Positions 48,555-57,884 of a stretch of 64,000 bases of DNA are shown here, piece by piece (the stretch's first letter is position 1; each line of letters opens with the position of its first letter). The translations under genes were made by a program, and so were the position numbers. The stretch is from a virus (Duplodnaviria; Caudoviricetes), in the IMG/VR virus record IMGVR_UViG_3300033073_000410, positions 32,001 through 96,000 of that record; one strand, written 5' to 3'. The notes beneath the pieces are model-generated. The model ran no database searches. It was given only the letters and a program-made list of their open reading frames with translations, and was not told the DNA's origin.

Positions 48555-49167
48555 TTTGCTCATGTAGGTCAATGATTGTCCCATCATTTCTGATAATGTG
48601 GTCATATTTTAATCCCACCGAACTATATTCACTTGCATGAACATTGTTAGTATCTAGTACCCGTTTTCCCAAAGACCATCCGGCATTTCCGTTAGGTCCA
48701 CGATTGTAATCAACTGCTGCTTGATACCAAACAGGATTGTCACCTCTCATGACCCTGCAGGTCGTGCCACCTGCGTTTTTGATAGCATTTACTTCATTGG
48801 CAAAGCGACAGTCAGTAATTACAATATCGTCTTTGGCATTGCGTAATTTGTTTTCAACTGAGGCAACCCAGATATCAGTATGAAAGTGGTTTCTGAATAC
48901 GTCTGTTCCCCAGAACTGTAATACCCAGCGGGGAGTTAGATTGGGCATTGCTAGTCGTTCTGCCCACCAAGTATCTACTTCTTCACGCCATTGTCTGCTG
49001 GCTTTAGTAGTGCCCTCTAGCATTTCTCTGTCCCAGCCGAAGACTGCTGAAACTGCATCTTTGAGACTGGCTGCGAATGAAACTCGCTTGAAGCCATGCT
49101 CAGTAACCAAATAATCTGCGATAGTGTCTTTGCCGGAGCCTATCAGTCCTGTAACGCCTAGAATCAT
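48520..49167 (-). CDS. Deoxynucleoside monophosphate kinase (T4 gp1-like)
   Basis: GLIGSGKDT, SFAASLKD, PRWVLQFWGT, ITDCRFANE, HASE. Confidence 0.9.
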   Translation of the reverse strand: MILGVTGLIGSGKDTIADYLVTEHGFKRVSFAASLKDAVSAVFGWDREMLEGTTKASRQWREEVDTWWAERLAMPNLTPRWVLQFWGTDVFRNHFHTDIWVASVENKLRNAKDDIVITDCRFANEVNAIKNAGGTTCRVMRGDNPVWYQAAVDYNRGPNGNAGWSLGKRVLDTNNVHASEYSSVGLKYDHIIRNDGTIIDLHEQINQLLNHPDAS

Positions 49168-49214
49168 ATAGCTACTTATTATACTAGACTTTAGTACGAA
49201 TAAAAGTATTTAGG

Positions 49215-50588
49215 TTACTTTTTTCTGGTTAATTCGTAAACAACTTGGTCACCTTGGTCTTCATAATACTCGTCATAACCCCAAGCATTAGCGTAACGCT
49301 GTACCATTCTGTTATATAGTTTTGCTCTGCTAGGATTATATTCTCCGGGCTCAACTTCTTGCTTTGCTGAGAATATGATTCTCCATGGATGTTCTTTCTG
49401 AATGAACTGTTGAATCGCAGTCAATACAGTAGCGAATATTCTTTGTGCGTCACCTTCGCCGGTTACTTCTTGGCTATGATTCCTATGGAACTCAACTTGC
49501 CATTCTTCGTCACCTTCGTCATTGAACATAATATTCAAATAAGTACCGTCACCTAATGTTGCAAGTGCGTCCCAATCCCCAAAGTCACTTTTTTCCCACT
49601 TGATACGATAAGGGTCATCAAATGCTTCTTTGATTTCTTCTACTGGAACATATGCAGGTATCTGTTTAAGTCCTTGTCGCTGTGCTTGATAAGCTCTATG
49701 GAACCCATCAATGATAACGCCATTACTATCTACAATGATAGGATCTTTGAAGTTGATCGGATGGTCAGTATCAATGTCAATCACTCTGCCGTACGGATCA
49801 TCAAAACTATCTGTATCTAATTCCATTGGATTAACCGTAGTTAATTTCCATTTATGGCTTTTGACATATTGTTCTGTATCAGGGTTTAAGTTTCTACCCT
49901 GTGTCAAGCCTTCCCAAACAGTTTCTTCTTCACCGCGATGTTTGTTCCAGAATCCAGCACCAGCATCTGTTTGGTCGTAGCTTCTATTGACTTTATACCC
50001 ACGATAAGTTGCGAAATCATACATAAGTTGAGCAATTCCCTGCCCCCTATATCTTTCATCTACTTCTACATATTTCGCTTCTAGGTCGTCATAGAATCTA
50101 CTGAATGTAACGTGACCCAATACTTTATTACCCTGACTATCCAATGCTTTTATCTCAACTTCATCATCAAGTTCGGATATTTTCATCGGCACACCTTGAA
50201 ATTTTTCAATGCGGCTTTCGTCATCTTCCCAAACAGTTTCTTCACCGCGATTCTTTTGCCAGTGATGTTCACCTGATTGTTTACCTTGGTCTTTGATTTT
50301 TGTTAAGTCAGGGCTTCTATGAATTTCATATCCATGACTTGTTACAAAGTCATACATTTTTCTAGCAACACCTTGACCTCTAGCTTCAGGTTCAACCCAC
50401 AAACTTTGCGCTTCGATGAAGTCACCATCCATATCATTAAAGTGAGCACGACCTATCACATTGCCCCAGTCATCAAGTGCTTTGACCACAATGGCGCCAA
50501 GTTTAGAAATTTCTAATTTCATGTCAACACCCTCGAAATCTTCGACGGTGCCCATTTTGTACTCAATGATAAACTCTTTTGCTCTCAT
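49215..50588 (-). CDS. Four-module protein: GNAT, GNAT, ParB-like, unknown module
   Basis: Start MRAKEFIIE. VEPEARGQGVA and VDERYRGQGIA acetyl-CoA motifs; PIIVD...IIDGFHR; TVWE and IKE joints. Confidence 0.75.
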   Translation of the reverse strand: MRAKEFIIEYKMGTVEDFEGVDMKLEISKLGAIVVKALDDWGNVIGRAHFNDMDGDFIEAQSLWVEPEARGQGVARKMYDFVTSHGYEIHRSPDLTKIKDQGKQSGEHHWQKNRGEETVWEDDESRIEKFQGVPMKISELDDEVEIKALDSQGNKVLGHVTFSRFYDDLEAKYVEVDERYRGQGIAQLMYDFATYRGYKVNRSYDQTDAGAGFWNKHRGEEETVWEGLTQGRNLNPDTEQYVKSHKWKLTTVNPMELDTDSFDDPYGRVIDIDTDHPINFKDPIIVDSNGVIIDGFHRAYQAQRQGLKQIPAYVPVEEIKEAFDDPYRIKWEKSDFGDWDALATLGDGTYLNIMFNDEGDEEWQVEFHRNHSQEVTGEGDAQRIFATVLTAIQQFIQKEHPWRIIFSAKQEVEPGEYNPSRAKLYNRMVQRYANAWGYDEYYEDQGDQVVYELTRKK

Positions 50589-51349
50589 TAGCCTTGTACC
50601 CAAGTCAATGGTTGTGAGTAGTCAACATAACGCTTCAATTCATCAAGTAACTGTTCTTGCATTGCCTTACCCTCAGACTTCATGTTAGCACCGTTCAAGC
50701 TAGTTCCGCCCCCAGGTCCTGCGATAGTAGAGAATTTCTCACGTGCTTCACCGATTGTCATTTTCAATGAAGCTAGAATCCAGTCAGTTATCCATACACC
50801 TGATCCTGGATTCAATAATAAATCTAGTTCAGACTTTTGCAAGTCTCCCCAGATTAGAATCTGTTCACCTGAACCCTTGATATCTCTAACTAGTTTTAGT
50901 TCTTTTGATACAGGGTTGAATGTATAAATGATGTAGCCACCAAACATACGTGCTACTAATTCGATATAACCAGCATACATGTCATATGTTGCTAAACCAC
51001 CGGCGTAGTTATAGTTTAACAAGTATGTGTTTAAGATAGCGCTGGAGAATGGGTCGAATGAACTCGATGCTGGACCGGTTTCCATACCCACTGTTCTACG
51101 AAATACTTGTCTTACATTGACAAATTGACTAGGTAAAACGTAGGTATTGTGATGAGCATCTAATGTCATCAATGTATATGATTCCTCGGTAGCATTTTGT
51201 GCTCGTTGGCGATATACTTTAAGAGCATATTTGTATGCTGATTCAAAGTGCTCAGGATCTAATTCCAAGTCAACAATCCCATCGCCCAAGCGATAACGAA
51301 TACCTTGAAATAATTCTTCTTTAACTTCTTCTAATGATTGGCCTGCCAT
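50588..51349 (-). CDS. Neck protein (gp13-like)
   Basis: RLGDGIVDLEL, REKF...GPGGGTSLNG. Confidence 0.8.
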   Translation of the reverse strand: MAGQSLEEVKEELFQGIRYRLGDGIVDLELDPEHFESAYKYALKVYRQRAQNATEESYTLMTLDAHHNTYVLPSQFVNVRQVFRRTVGMETGPASSSFDPFSSAILNTYLLNYNYAGGLATYDMYAGYIELVARMFGGYIIYTFNPVSKELKLVRDIKGSGEQILIWGDLQKSELDLLLNPGSGVWITDWILASLKMTIGEAREKFSTIAGPGGGTSLNGANMKSEGKAMQEQLLDELKRYVDYSQPLTWVQG

Positions 51350-51366
51350 TGTGTTCTCCAGATATA

Positions 51367-51570
51367 TTATTTATCTGGGTGTGGGCTTTTGCCTTTCATA
51401 AATCTGAGGAGGGAAAGATTCTCACGGTCAATTTCTTTGTGCTTAACCCAGTGGTCAACTTCCCCTTTGTCTCCGTCGCAAATAGGACAAGAGCGAAACC
51501 ATTCATCGTCACCACGTATGTGTTTCATTTCAACGTGGCATTCTACACAAATGAACGGAAAATATGCCAA
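51367..51570 (-). CDS. Small Zn-ribbon protein
   Basis: CVEC...CPIC; coupled to the mazG stop. Confidence 0.55.
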   Translation of the reverse strand: MAYFPFICVECHVEMKHIRGDDEWFRSCPICDGDKGEVDHWVKHKEIDRENLSLLRFMKGKSPHPDK

Positions 51571-52005
51571 TTACAGGTCGCCCTCTTTGCGATTCTCGCT
51601 ATAGAACGCATCAAATGAACCACCGGGATAACGTGATTCTAGTTTCTTGACGTTCTCATTGATAACTTCGTTGGGGTCAAGACGTAATGCACGACAAGCA
51701 TTGATCCAGTACCACATAACGTCACCTAACTCACGCTTCATGTGAAATACTGCGGCGTCATCTAGAGGCTTGCCTTGAAAAATGACTTTCTTGGGCACTT
51801 CAATGAATTCACCTGCTTCTGCGGCTAGACCCATACATGCAGTAATTAACAATGGAACGTTAACATCAGGGTCGTGACCCTCGTTCTCTACATAATTGCC
51901 GTCTAGATAATCTAAACGGTTCATAAATGATGTTAAGTCATTACTGGGCTGGCTAGTCACAGCCTCTACGAATTGTTTGTATTTGTTTAAGTCAATATTG
52001 CTCAT
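51571..52005 (-). CDS. mazG: MazG-like NTP pyrophosphohydrolase
   Basis: GLAAEAGEF, ELGDVMWY, NVKKLESRY; start placed at MSNIDL. Confidence 0.88.
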   Translation of the reverse strand: MSNIDLNKYKQFVEAVTSQPSNDLTSFMNRLDYLDGNYVENEGHDPDVNVPLLITACMGLAAEAGEFIEVPKKVIFQGKPLDDAAVFHMKRELGDVMWYWINACRALRLDPNEVINENVKKLESRYPGGSFDAFYSENRKEGDL

Positions 52006-52054
52006 AAAAAAGTCCTTATGCATGTATTGTACATAAGGACTAAAGTAATTACAA
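52006..52054 (-). promoter_or_regulatory. Overlapping terminator hairpin and sigma70-type promoter
   Basis: TTGTAA-17 nt-TACAAT; AGTCCTTATG/CATAAGGACT stem followed by TTTTT. Confidence 0.6.
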
Positions 52055-52066
52055 TGTATTAGGTAA

Positions 52067-53230
52067 TCAGAATGCTTTTAAGATTACCATATTCTCATTA
52101 AATCGGCCATTAGGAGTTGTTCCAACCGCTTTAATCTCTGCAAAGTACTTACGTGCGGCTGGCTTCGAACCCATAACCTCTTTGATTTGCTCACCAGGCT
52201 TTCGTAGTGTTTTGATTTCGGACTTATTAGTATCAAAACCGAGAATAGTGTTACCTTTAACTGTGAAACTCTTACTATATTCGTCTGCGACATAGTGATG
52301 AAGTTTACGCTTTGCCGTGTCATATACCCAAGCCTCACTTGCACCATGGAGTTTAGTAGGGTGGATTGATATGAGGTCAAGTTTGTTGACTGCATCTTTG
52401 AATTCTTTCAAATACTTGAGATTTTTAACAATCTTCTCAACTGGTACAGGCTTACGCTTACGAGGAGCTTTACTGGCTTTCTTAATTGAGATATAACTAT
52501 TCAAGTCACCTAGAACACCCTCAATGAACTTGAGAATGTTACGCAATTGAACTTTACCCAAGTTACCGTAGGCTTCTTTCAATTCTTTGTCGTCAGTCTC
52601 GGACAATGTTTCAAATTCAGTTTGCTTTTTCTTCCACACATCGACAATAATTGGGATATGCTGGGGCATGACGTTGAACTTGGCAACAATGTCAACTGTT
52701 TTGTCTGATGCTTTGCCGTTTAGATAGAATTCATCGAATGAACCCTCAAGTTCGCCAGCCGCATCACGTGCTTTTTCACGCATTAGTTCCTGAATGTTGG
52801 GGCGATTAGACACTTTTTCTTCTTCGACCTTTTCAACAACTTCAGGTTTTGCCGAGCAATGAATCAAACGTGAAATTTCATTCTCAAGTGTAAGTTCCTC
52901 ATGCTCATTCAATTCAAGACCGCGCATTGTCATACGTGCGAGCCAGCAAAGTGTCATCAAAAACTCAGATTCGTGAACTTTTCGAATCTGTTTAGCTTCG
53001 TCTGTGCGCTTATGATGCTCCAAATACTGACACAAGAGGTCTTTTGCGTCTTTTTTACCGTAGAACCGATTGTACCAAGTAAAGCCATATGTTAGTGCAG
53101 TCGTGCGACCATCGGATTCGGGTTGTAATGGGAAGAAGGGTTCTTCACCCATATACTTTGTATCAGCATCACGTGGATTAAGTGCTTTAACAAAATGGTC
53201 AGCTGTGATTTTGGGCTTTCGTGTCGCCAT
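52067..53230 (-). CDS. Hypothetical early protein
   Basis: Start placed at MATRKPK (CAGGAG RBS); KTLRKP and NGRFNE motifs. Confidence 0.65.
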   Translation of the reverse strand: MATRKPKITADHFVKALNPRDADTKYMGEEPFFPLQPESDGRTTALTYGFTWYNRFYGKKDAKDLLCQYLEHHKRTDEAKQIRKVHESEFLMTLCWLARMTMRGLELNEHEELTLENEISRLIHCSAKPEVVEKVEEEKVSNRPNIQELMREKARDAAGELEGSFDEFYLNGKASDKTVDIVAKFNVMPQHIPIIVDVWKKKQTEFETLSETDDKELKEAYGNLGKVQLRNILKFIEGVLGDLNSYISIKKASKAPRKRKPVPVEKIVKNLKYLKEFKDAVNKLDLISIHPTKLHGASEAWVYDTAKRKLHHYVADEYSKSFTVKGNTILGFDTNKSEIKTLRKPGEQIKEVMGSKPAARKYFAEIKAVGTTPNGRFNENMVILKAF

Positions 53231-53255
53231 AGTTGCTCCTGTTAACAATACTATG

Positions 53256-53284
53256 ATTATATATGACTTCCCATTAAAAGTCAA
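53256..53284 (-). promoter_or_regulatory. Near-consensus sigma70 promoter
   Basis: TTGACT-17 nt-TATAAT. Confidence 0.8.
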
Positions 53285-53337
53285 GTCCTAGAAAGGTAAT
53301 ACTTTAGTCATAAATACACTATAATTGGATAAACGCA

Positions 53338-54966
53338 ATGCCAAGACTTTCACTATATCGCTCAGAAAAGACCAATGACTACAAATACCTAGATAAGAAT
53401 ATCAAGGAGATGTTTACTATTGGCGCTACAGATTTGTACGTACACAAGTATTTGGGTACAGTACCACCAAGCTCAGATTCTGGTACACCAGATCCAATGG
53501 CTATTCAAGATTTACTGTTCATGGAGAATCGTGACCGCAAATATGATGCTGATATATATCGCATCAGAGGTCACTATAACGTACAGAACTTAGACTTTGA
53601 CTTGTCACAGTTTGGTTTGTTCTTAAACAATGATATTATCTTTATCACTGTTCATTACAATGACATGATTGAACTGATTGGTCGTAAACTAATGGTAGGT
53701 GATGTATTCGAACTACCTCACTTAACTGACTATCACCCATTGAATGAGACTATCCCAGTGGGGTTACGTAGATACTATCAAATCACTGATGCAAACTTTG
53801 CTAGTGAAGGTTTCTCATCAACATGGTATCCTCACTTGTGGCGTATCAAGTGTGAGCCTCTAGTTGATAGTCAAGAATATAGCCAAATTCTTGACACTCC
53901 TTTGAGCCAAGATAACTACTTAGGAGAGTGGAGCAGAACTGCTACATATGTACCTGGTTATGTTATCACATTCGGTGGCAAGAACTATACAGCTACACAA
54001 AACGTACCAGCTGGCATTATGCCTCCTGATCCAGACTATTGGGAACTAGACTTGGCTGATAACATTCGTGACGTATTAAGTCGCTATAACAAGAACATTG
54101 AAATCAATGATGCTAACCTCGAGGAAGCTAGAAAGAATCTTCCAAAGAGCGGTTACGACCGTTCATCATTATATGTTACTCCTATACAAGACAATGGACA
54201 GCCGGCTGCTCCAGTTGATTTAGTAACATCACCGATAGCACCTAGACCTACAAGAGGTACTTTACAACTTGTTAGGACTAATGGTTTCAGTCAAGCAAGT
54301 CCAGTAGTACGAGTTCCAGCTTCTGCTAAGGATAGGTTAAAGCAATTAGCTATTCAAGCATTACAGGCACAACAAGGTGCAAACTTACAAGTATCAGAAC
54401 TTGCTGTACCAAAGACTGATTCAAACTCAGGAAGAGTATCAGGTGACTTAGTTCTTTCGGTAACTCCAATGGGCACTATGCCGCAACCATATGGTTCTGC
54501 TGATACTATTGCCGCAAGAACAGACCAGGACCCAACACAACCCAACTTTGATGGAATTATTATTCCTGACATTATGGATTATCGTGCTGACACTGACCCT
54601 CGATTCCGTTACATTGTAAGAACTACTCCTAAGGGTTACGGTTATAGTGAAGGTTATCTTGCAGGTGATGGCACTGCTCCGAACGGAGAACCATTTGGTA
54701 CTGGCATCACATTCCCTAGCAACCCAATGACGGGTGACTACTTCTTACGCATTGACTATCTACCACAGCAAATGTTCCGCTGGGACGGTAAGTTATGGGT
54801 CAAGATTAGCGAGAATTCACGTACTGGTGTTGGTATGGAAGACGGTGCAGGTAACCAACGTGCTTCGTTCATCAACAATAGTAATGTAACAGTATTGAGT
54901 GATGGTGTAACTACAATACCAGAACGTCAATCACTATCAAGTATTTTACGCATTCAACCAGATTAA
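53338..54966 (+). CDS. Neck / head-closure protein (gp14-like), extended
   Basis: DLSQFGLFL, GDVFELPHL, WRIKCEP; precedes the gp15-like gene. Confidence 0.6.
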   Translation: MPRLSLYRSEKTNDYKYLDKNIKEMFTIGATDLYVHKYLGTVPPSSDSGTPDPMAIQDLLFMENRDRKYDADIYRIRGHYNVQNLDFDLSQFGLFLNNDIIFITVHYNDMIELIGRKLMVGDVFELPHLTDYHPLNETIPVGLRRYYQITDANFASEGFSSTWYPHLWRIKCEPLVDSQEYSQILDTPLSQDNYLGEWSRTATYVPGYVITFGGKNYTATQNVPAGIMPPDPDYWELDLADNIRDVLSRYNKNIEINDANLEEARKNLPKSGYDRSSLYVTPIQDNGQPAAPVDLVTSPIAPRPTRGTLQLVRTNGFSQASPVVRVPASAKDRLKQLAIQALQAQQGANLQVSELAVPKTDSNSGRVSGDLVLSVTPMGTMPQPYGSADTIAARTDQDPTQPNFDGIIIPDIMDYRADTDPRFRYIVRTTPKGYGYSEGYLAGDGTAPNGEPFGTGITFPSNPMTGDYFLRIDYLPQQMFRWDGKLWVKISENSRTGVGMEDGAGNQRASFINNSNVTVLSDGVTTIPERQSLSSILRIQPD

Positions 54967-54974
54967 GGTAAACA

Positions 54975-56342
54975 ATGGCACAATTTTTTTATGATACACA
55001 GATACGCAGATTCTTAGTACAATTTGCTAGAATCTTTAGTGACTGGCAAGTTACTAAGGGCAAAGACCCTGCAGGTAACGATATTCTAGTTCGTGTACCT
55101 ATTCAGTATGGTGATTCAAGTAGACAAGCAAGTACTATTGTTTCTAACAATAGCGCAAGCAGTATGCCAAGTGCACCTATGATTACATACTATATCAGTG
55201 GATTAGAGTATGACCAAAAGAGAACACAAGATCCAACATTCATTGACAAGTTAAGTGTTCGTCAAAAGACATACAATCAAGATACACAGAGTTTTGAGAG
55301 TACACAAGGGCAAGCATTTACAGTTGAGCGTATGATGCCAGTGCCATACACATTGAGGGTGACAGTAGACTTCTGGACTACAAACTATAATCAAAAACTT
55401 GAGTTGATTGAACAGTTAGGAACATTATTCAATCCTGCTTTAGAAATTCAAAGCACAGATAACTTTATCGACTGGACAAGTTTGAGTGTAGTTTATCAAG
55501 ATGGTTTAACATTCTCAAGTCGTTCAATTCCAGTAGGTAACAGTAATCCAATTGATGTTATGTCATGGAAGTTCTACATGCCTATATGGATTTCAGGTCC
55601 TGCTAAGGTTAGAAAATTAGGTGTCATTCACAAGATTATTGCAAGTATCTTCCAGGGCAATGCTCTTACAGATATGCAAGATGATGACTTGTTGCTAGGT
55701 ACTCGTCAGAAGATTACACCATATGGATACAAAATATTATTCATTGGTAATACATTACAAGTGTTGCCACATAGCCAACCAATGAATAACACAATATCTA
55801 CTGACTTGCCCGAGAGTCCTAATACAAATATCTACTGGCAAGCCTTCTTAGGACCTTATGGTTCAGTAAAAGCAGGCGTGAGTCAAATTTGGTTACAGAA
55901 CCCTTATATGGATACAGAGATTGTGGGTACTATTGCGTTCAACCCGAATGATGACCGTATGTTATCGTTCAACGTAGACCCAGATACATTACCACAAGAT
56001 ACACTTGAACCAGTTGATAGTATTATCAATCCATATCGCAAACATCCTGGATTGGGATTGCCGGATGCGGCAAATGGTCAACGCTATTTGATTGTTGAAG
56101 ACTTGGGAAGTGAAGGTTCCATGTCTAATGCATGGGGAAGTATTGTCGCCAATGCAAATGATATCATTCAGTATAACTCAACTGAAAACAAATGGTACGT
56201 TGTATTCAATAGTGCCGAGCATACTGATGTAGAATTTGTTTCTAACTTAACATCAGGTGTGCAGTATCGTTATGTTGATAGAATGTGGGTCAAGAGTTAT
56301 GAAGGCTTCTATGACCAGGGAGATTTTAGTATCGTCATCTAA
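54975..56342 (+). CDS. Tail terminator / sheath stabiliser (gp15-like)
   Basis: FFYD.QIRR, VPIQYG, PVPY, LIEQL..LFNP. Confidence 0.78.
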   Translation: MAQFFYDTQIRRFLVQFARIFSDWQVTKGKDPAGNDILVRVPIQYGDSSRQASTIVSNNSASSMPSAPMITYYISGLEYDQKRTQDPTFIDKLSVRQKTYNQDTQSFESTQGQAFTVERMMPVPYTLRVTVDFWTTNYNQKLELIEQLGTLFNPALEIQSTDNFIDWTSLSVVYQDGLTFSSRSIPVGNSNPIDVMSWKFYMPIWISGPAKVRKLGVIHKIIASIFQGNALTDMQDDDLLLGTRQKITPYGYKILFIGNTLQVLPHSQPMNNTISTDLPESPNTNIYWQAFLGPYGSVKAGVSQIWLQNPYMDTEIVGTIAFNPNDDRMLSFNVDPDTLPQDTLEPVDSIINPYRKHPGLGLPDAANGQRYLIVEDLGSEGSMSNAWGSIVANANDIIQYNSTENKWYVVFNSAEHTDVEFVSNLTSGVQYRYVDRMWVKSYEGFYDQGDFSIVI

Positions 56343-56360
56343 CTAATGATAAATTAGTGT

Positions 56361-56780
56361 ATGAAAGAAAATACATCTGCTGGTGTCTTTTTCTACGCAA
56401 AGAAAACAAATAGGTTTTTATTTCTGCTAAGAGCAGACGATAAGAATTCAGGTAACTGGGGTATACCTGGTGGTAAAGTAGAAGATGGTGAGTCACTGTT
56501 TGAAGGTATAGAACGTGAATGCATGGAAGAAGTTAATTACTTCCCAATAGATGCAAAACTCGTACCAATACAGAAGTTCATCAACAATCTGTTTACCTAT
56601 CATACATTCTTTTGTGTAGTAGATGAAGAATTCACACCGATACTAAATGAAGAACATTGTGGTTACTGTTGGGTCGATCCAGAACATTATCCTAAACCAT
56701 TACATCCCGGATTGTTTAACACTATCAACTTTGACGTAGTACAAGACAAACTAAAGAAACTAATAAAAAAAGCCGCATAA
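56361..56780 (+). CDS. NUDIX hydrolase
   Basis: WGIPGGKVEDGESLFEGIERECMEEV Nudix box. Confidence 0.9.
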   Translation: MKENTSAGVFFYAKKTNRFLFLLRADDKNSGNWGIPGGKVEDGESLFEGIERECMEEVNYFPIDAKLVPIQKFINNLFTYHTFFCVVDEEFTPILNEEHCGYCWVDPEHYPKPLHPGLFNTINFDVVQDKLKKLIKKAA

Positions 56781-56792
56781 AGCGGCTTTTTT
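56765..56792. terminator. Bidirectional intrinsic terminator
   Basis: AAAAAAAGCCGC-ATAAA-GCGGCTTTTTT. Confidence 0.88.
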
Positions 56793-56808
56793 GTTGTGCT
56801 TAAAAATA

Positions 56809-57789
56809 TTAAGCGTTAGAGATTTTAACAGATTCGTTAACTACTGCGGCTGTCATGTTCCAAGGAACTGATTGACCTGTAGCAAACTGTGTACCTGTAC
56901 CACGAGTTAGTGTAGCTCTACGTGCGGCAATCTTTGTGATAAAGTATGTGCCGCCTGCACTGTCAACAGCACCGATAGAACCCTCACCAGCAGCATTTGC
57001 CAATGAATCTTGCAATGTTACAACACCTGTACGTGTACCGTCAGTTACTTTGAAACGCTTTGCGCCAACTTGCTTGATGATATCAACTTCTAATGCTGAA
57101 CCACCTGTCAAGAATGCTGTCATACGAATAGCGTTTTCTTGATTATTAGCATTCATGTTGCTACCATCGTTGCCTGAGTTACCATAAGAACCACTATCAG
57201 TAGTCAATACGATTGTACCAGCTGGAGCAGTACCAGTACCACCAGTATACAATGTTACCGTGAAAGTTTCGGCTCCTGTATAACCAGAACCCTTTTCAGT
57301 AATTGCAAGAGACTTAACTCTGAAATTGATATCAACTAAGAATGTTGATGCACCTGAACCAGTTACTTTAGTGATGTTTACACCCGTAGTGTCACCTGGC
57401 ATTGCATTTAAATCAAACTCACCGCGGCTTGTTACAGTGAATGTAGCGTTTGAGCCATCGTTACCAGATGTAGCAACTGTGAAAACAGGTGAACCTAAAC
57501 CAGCGTATGTATAAGTGTCACCTACAACTAGACCAACTGAGCCTGCGCCTGTTGTTACTGTTGCAACTTCGAACAATGGTGCCCATTCAGCTTGAACGCC
57601 ACCAGGGATTGTTGGGGCAGGAAGAGCGAAACCTACTAGTGGGTTGTGAGCACCATTATTACCACGGAATGAGCCTACTTGGCTTACGCTGATAGAAGCA
57701 ATACCTTCGCCACCGATAGCATTATCGCTTGTACCAGTAGTACCGATGTTACGGTTACCGAAATATTTTTTATTTAGAGGACGTGCCAT
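56809..57789 (-). CDS. Putative virion structural protein
   Basis: Start MARPLNKKYFG after AAGGAG; own late promoter and terminator; G/T/S-rich. Confidence 0.65.
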   Translation of the reverse strand: MARPLNKKYFGNRNIGTTGTSDNAIGGEGIASISVSQVGSFRGNNGAHNPLVGFALPAPTIPGGVQAEWAPLFEVATVTTGAGSVGLVVGDTYTYAGLGSPVFTVATSGNDGSNATFTVTSRGEFDLNAMPGDTTGVNITKVTGSGASTFLVDINFRVKSLAITEKGSGYTGAETFTVTLYTGGTGTAPAGTIVLTTDSGSYGNSGNDGSNMNANNQENAIRMTAFLTGGSALEVDIIKQVGAKRFKVTDGTRTGVVTLQDSLANAAGEGSIGAVDSAGGTYFITKIAARRATLTRGTGTQFATGQSVPWNMTAAVVNESVKISNA

Positions 57790-57803
57790 TTTATTTCTCC
57801 TTG

Positions 57804-57870
57804 AAAAATGTGGGTTCAAGCCCACTACGCGGTTGACTTCCGCATAAAACTTACCCTATGTAAGTCGTAC
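57804..57870 (-). promoter_or_regulatory. Structured 5' leader with three hairpins
   Basis: ACUUAC/GUAAGU, UAUGCGG/CCGCGUA and GUGGG/CCCAC between GATAAATA (57875-57882) and the RBS. Confidence 0.55.
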
Positions 57871-57884
57871 TATATATTTATCAA

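Noticed and set aside
611-57825. Longer ORF-track starts at 643, 17655, 18800, 25782, 50603, 52023, 53284, 57825
   Set aside because: Downstream starts fit better with RBS, promoter position, stop/start overlaps or the shared N-terminal motif.
57810-57826. tRNA T-arm-like GTGGG-TTCAAG-CCCAC on the plus strand
   Set aside because: The loop is 6 nt and there is no acceptor, D or anticodon arm; better explained as a hairpin of the minus-strand 5' UTR.
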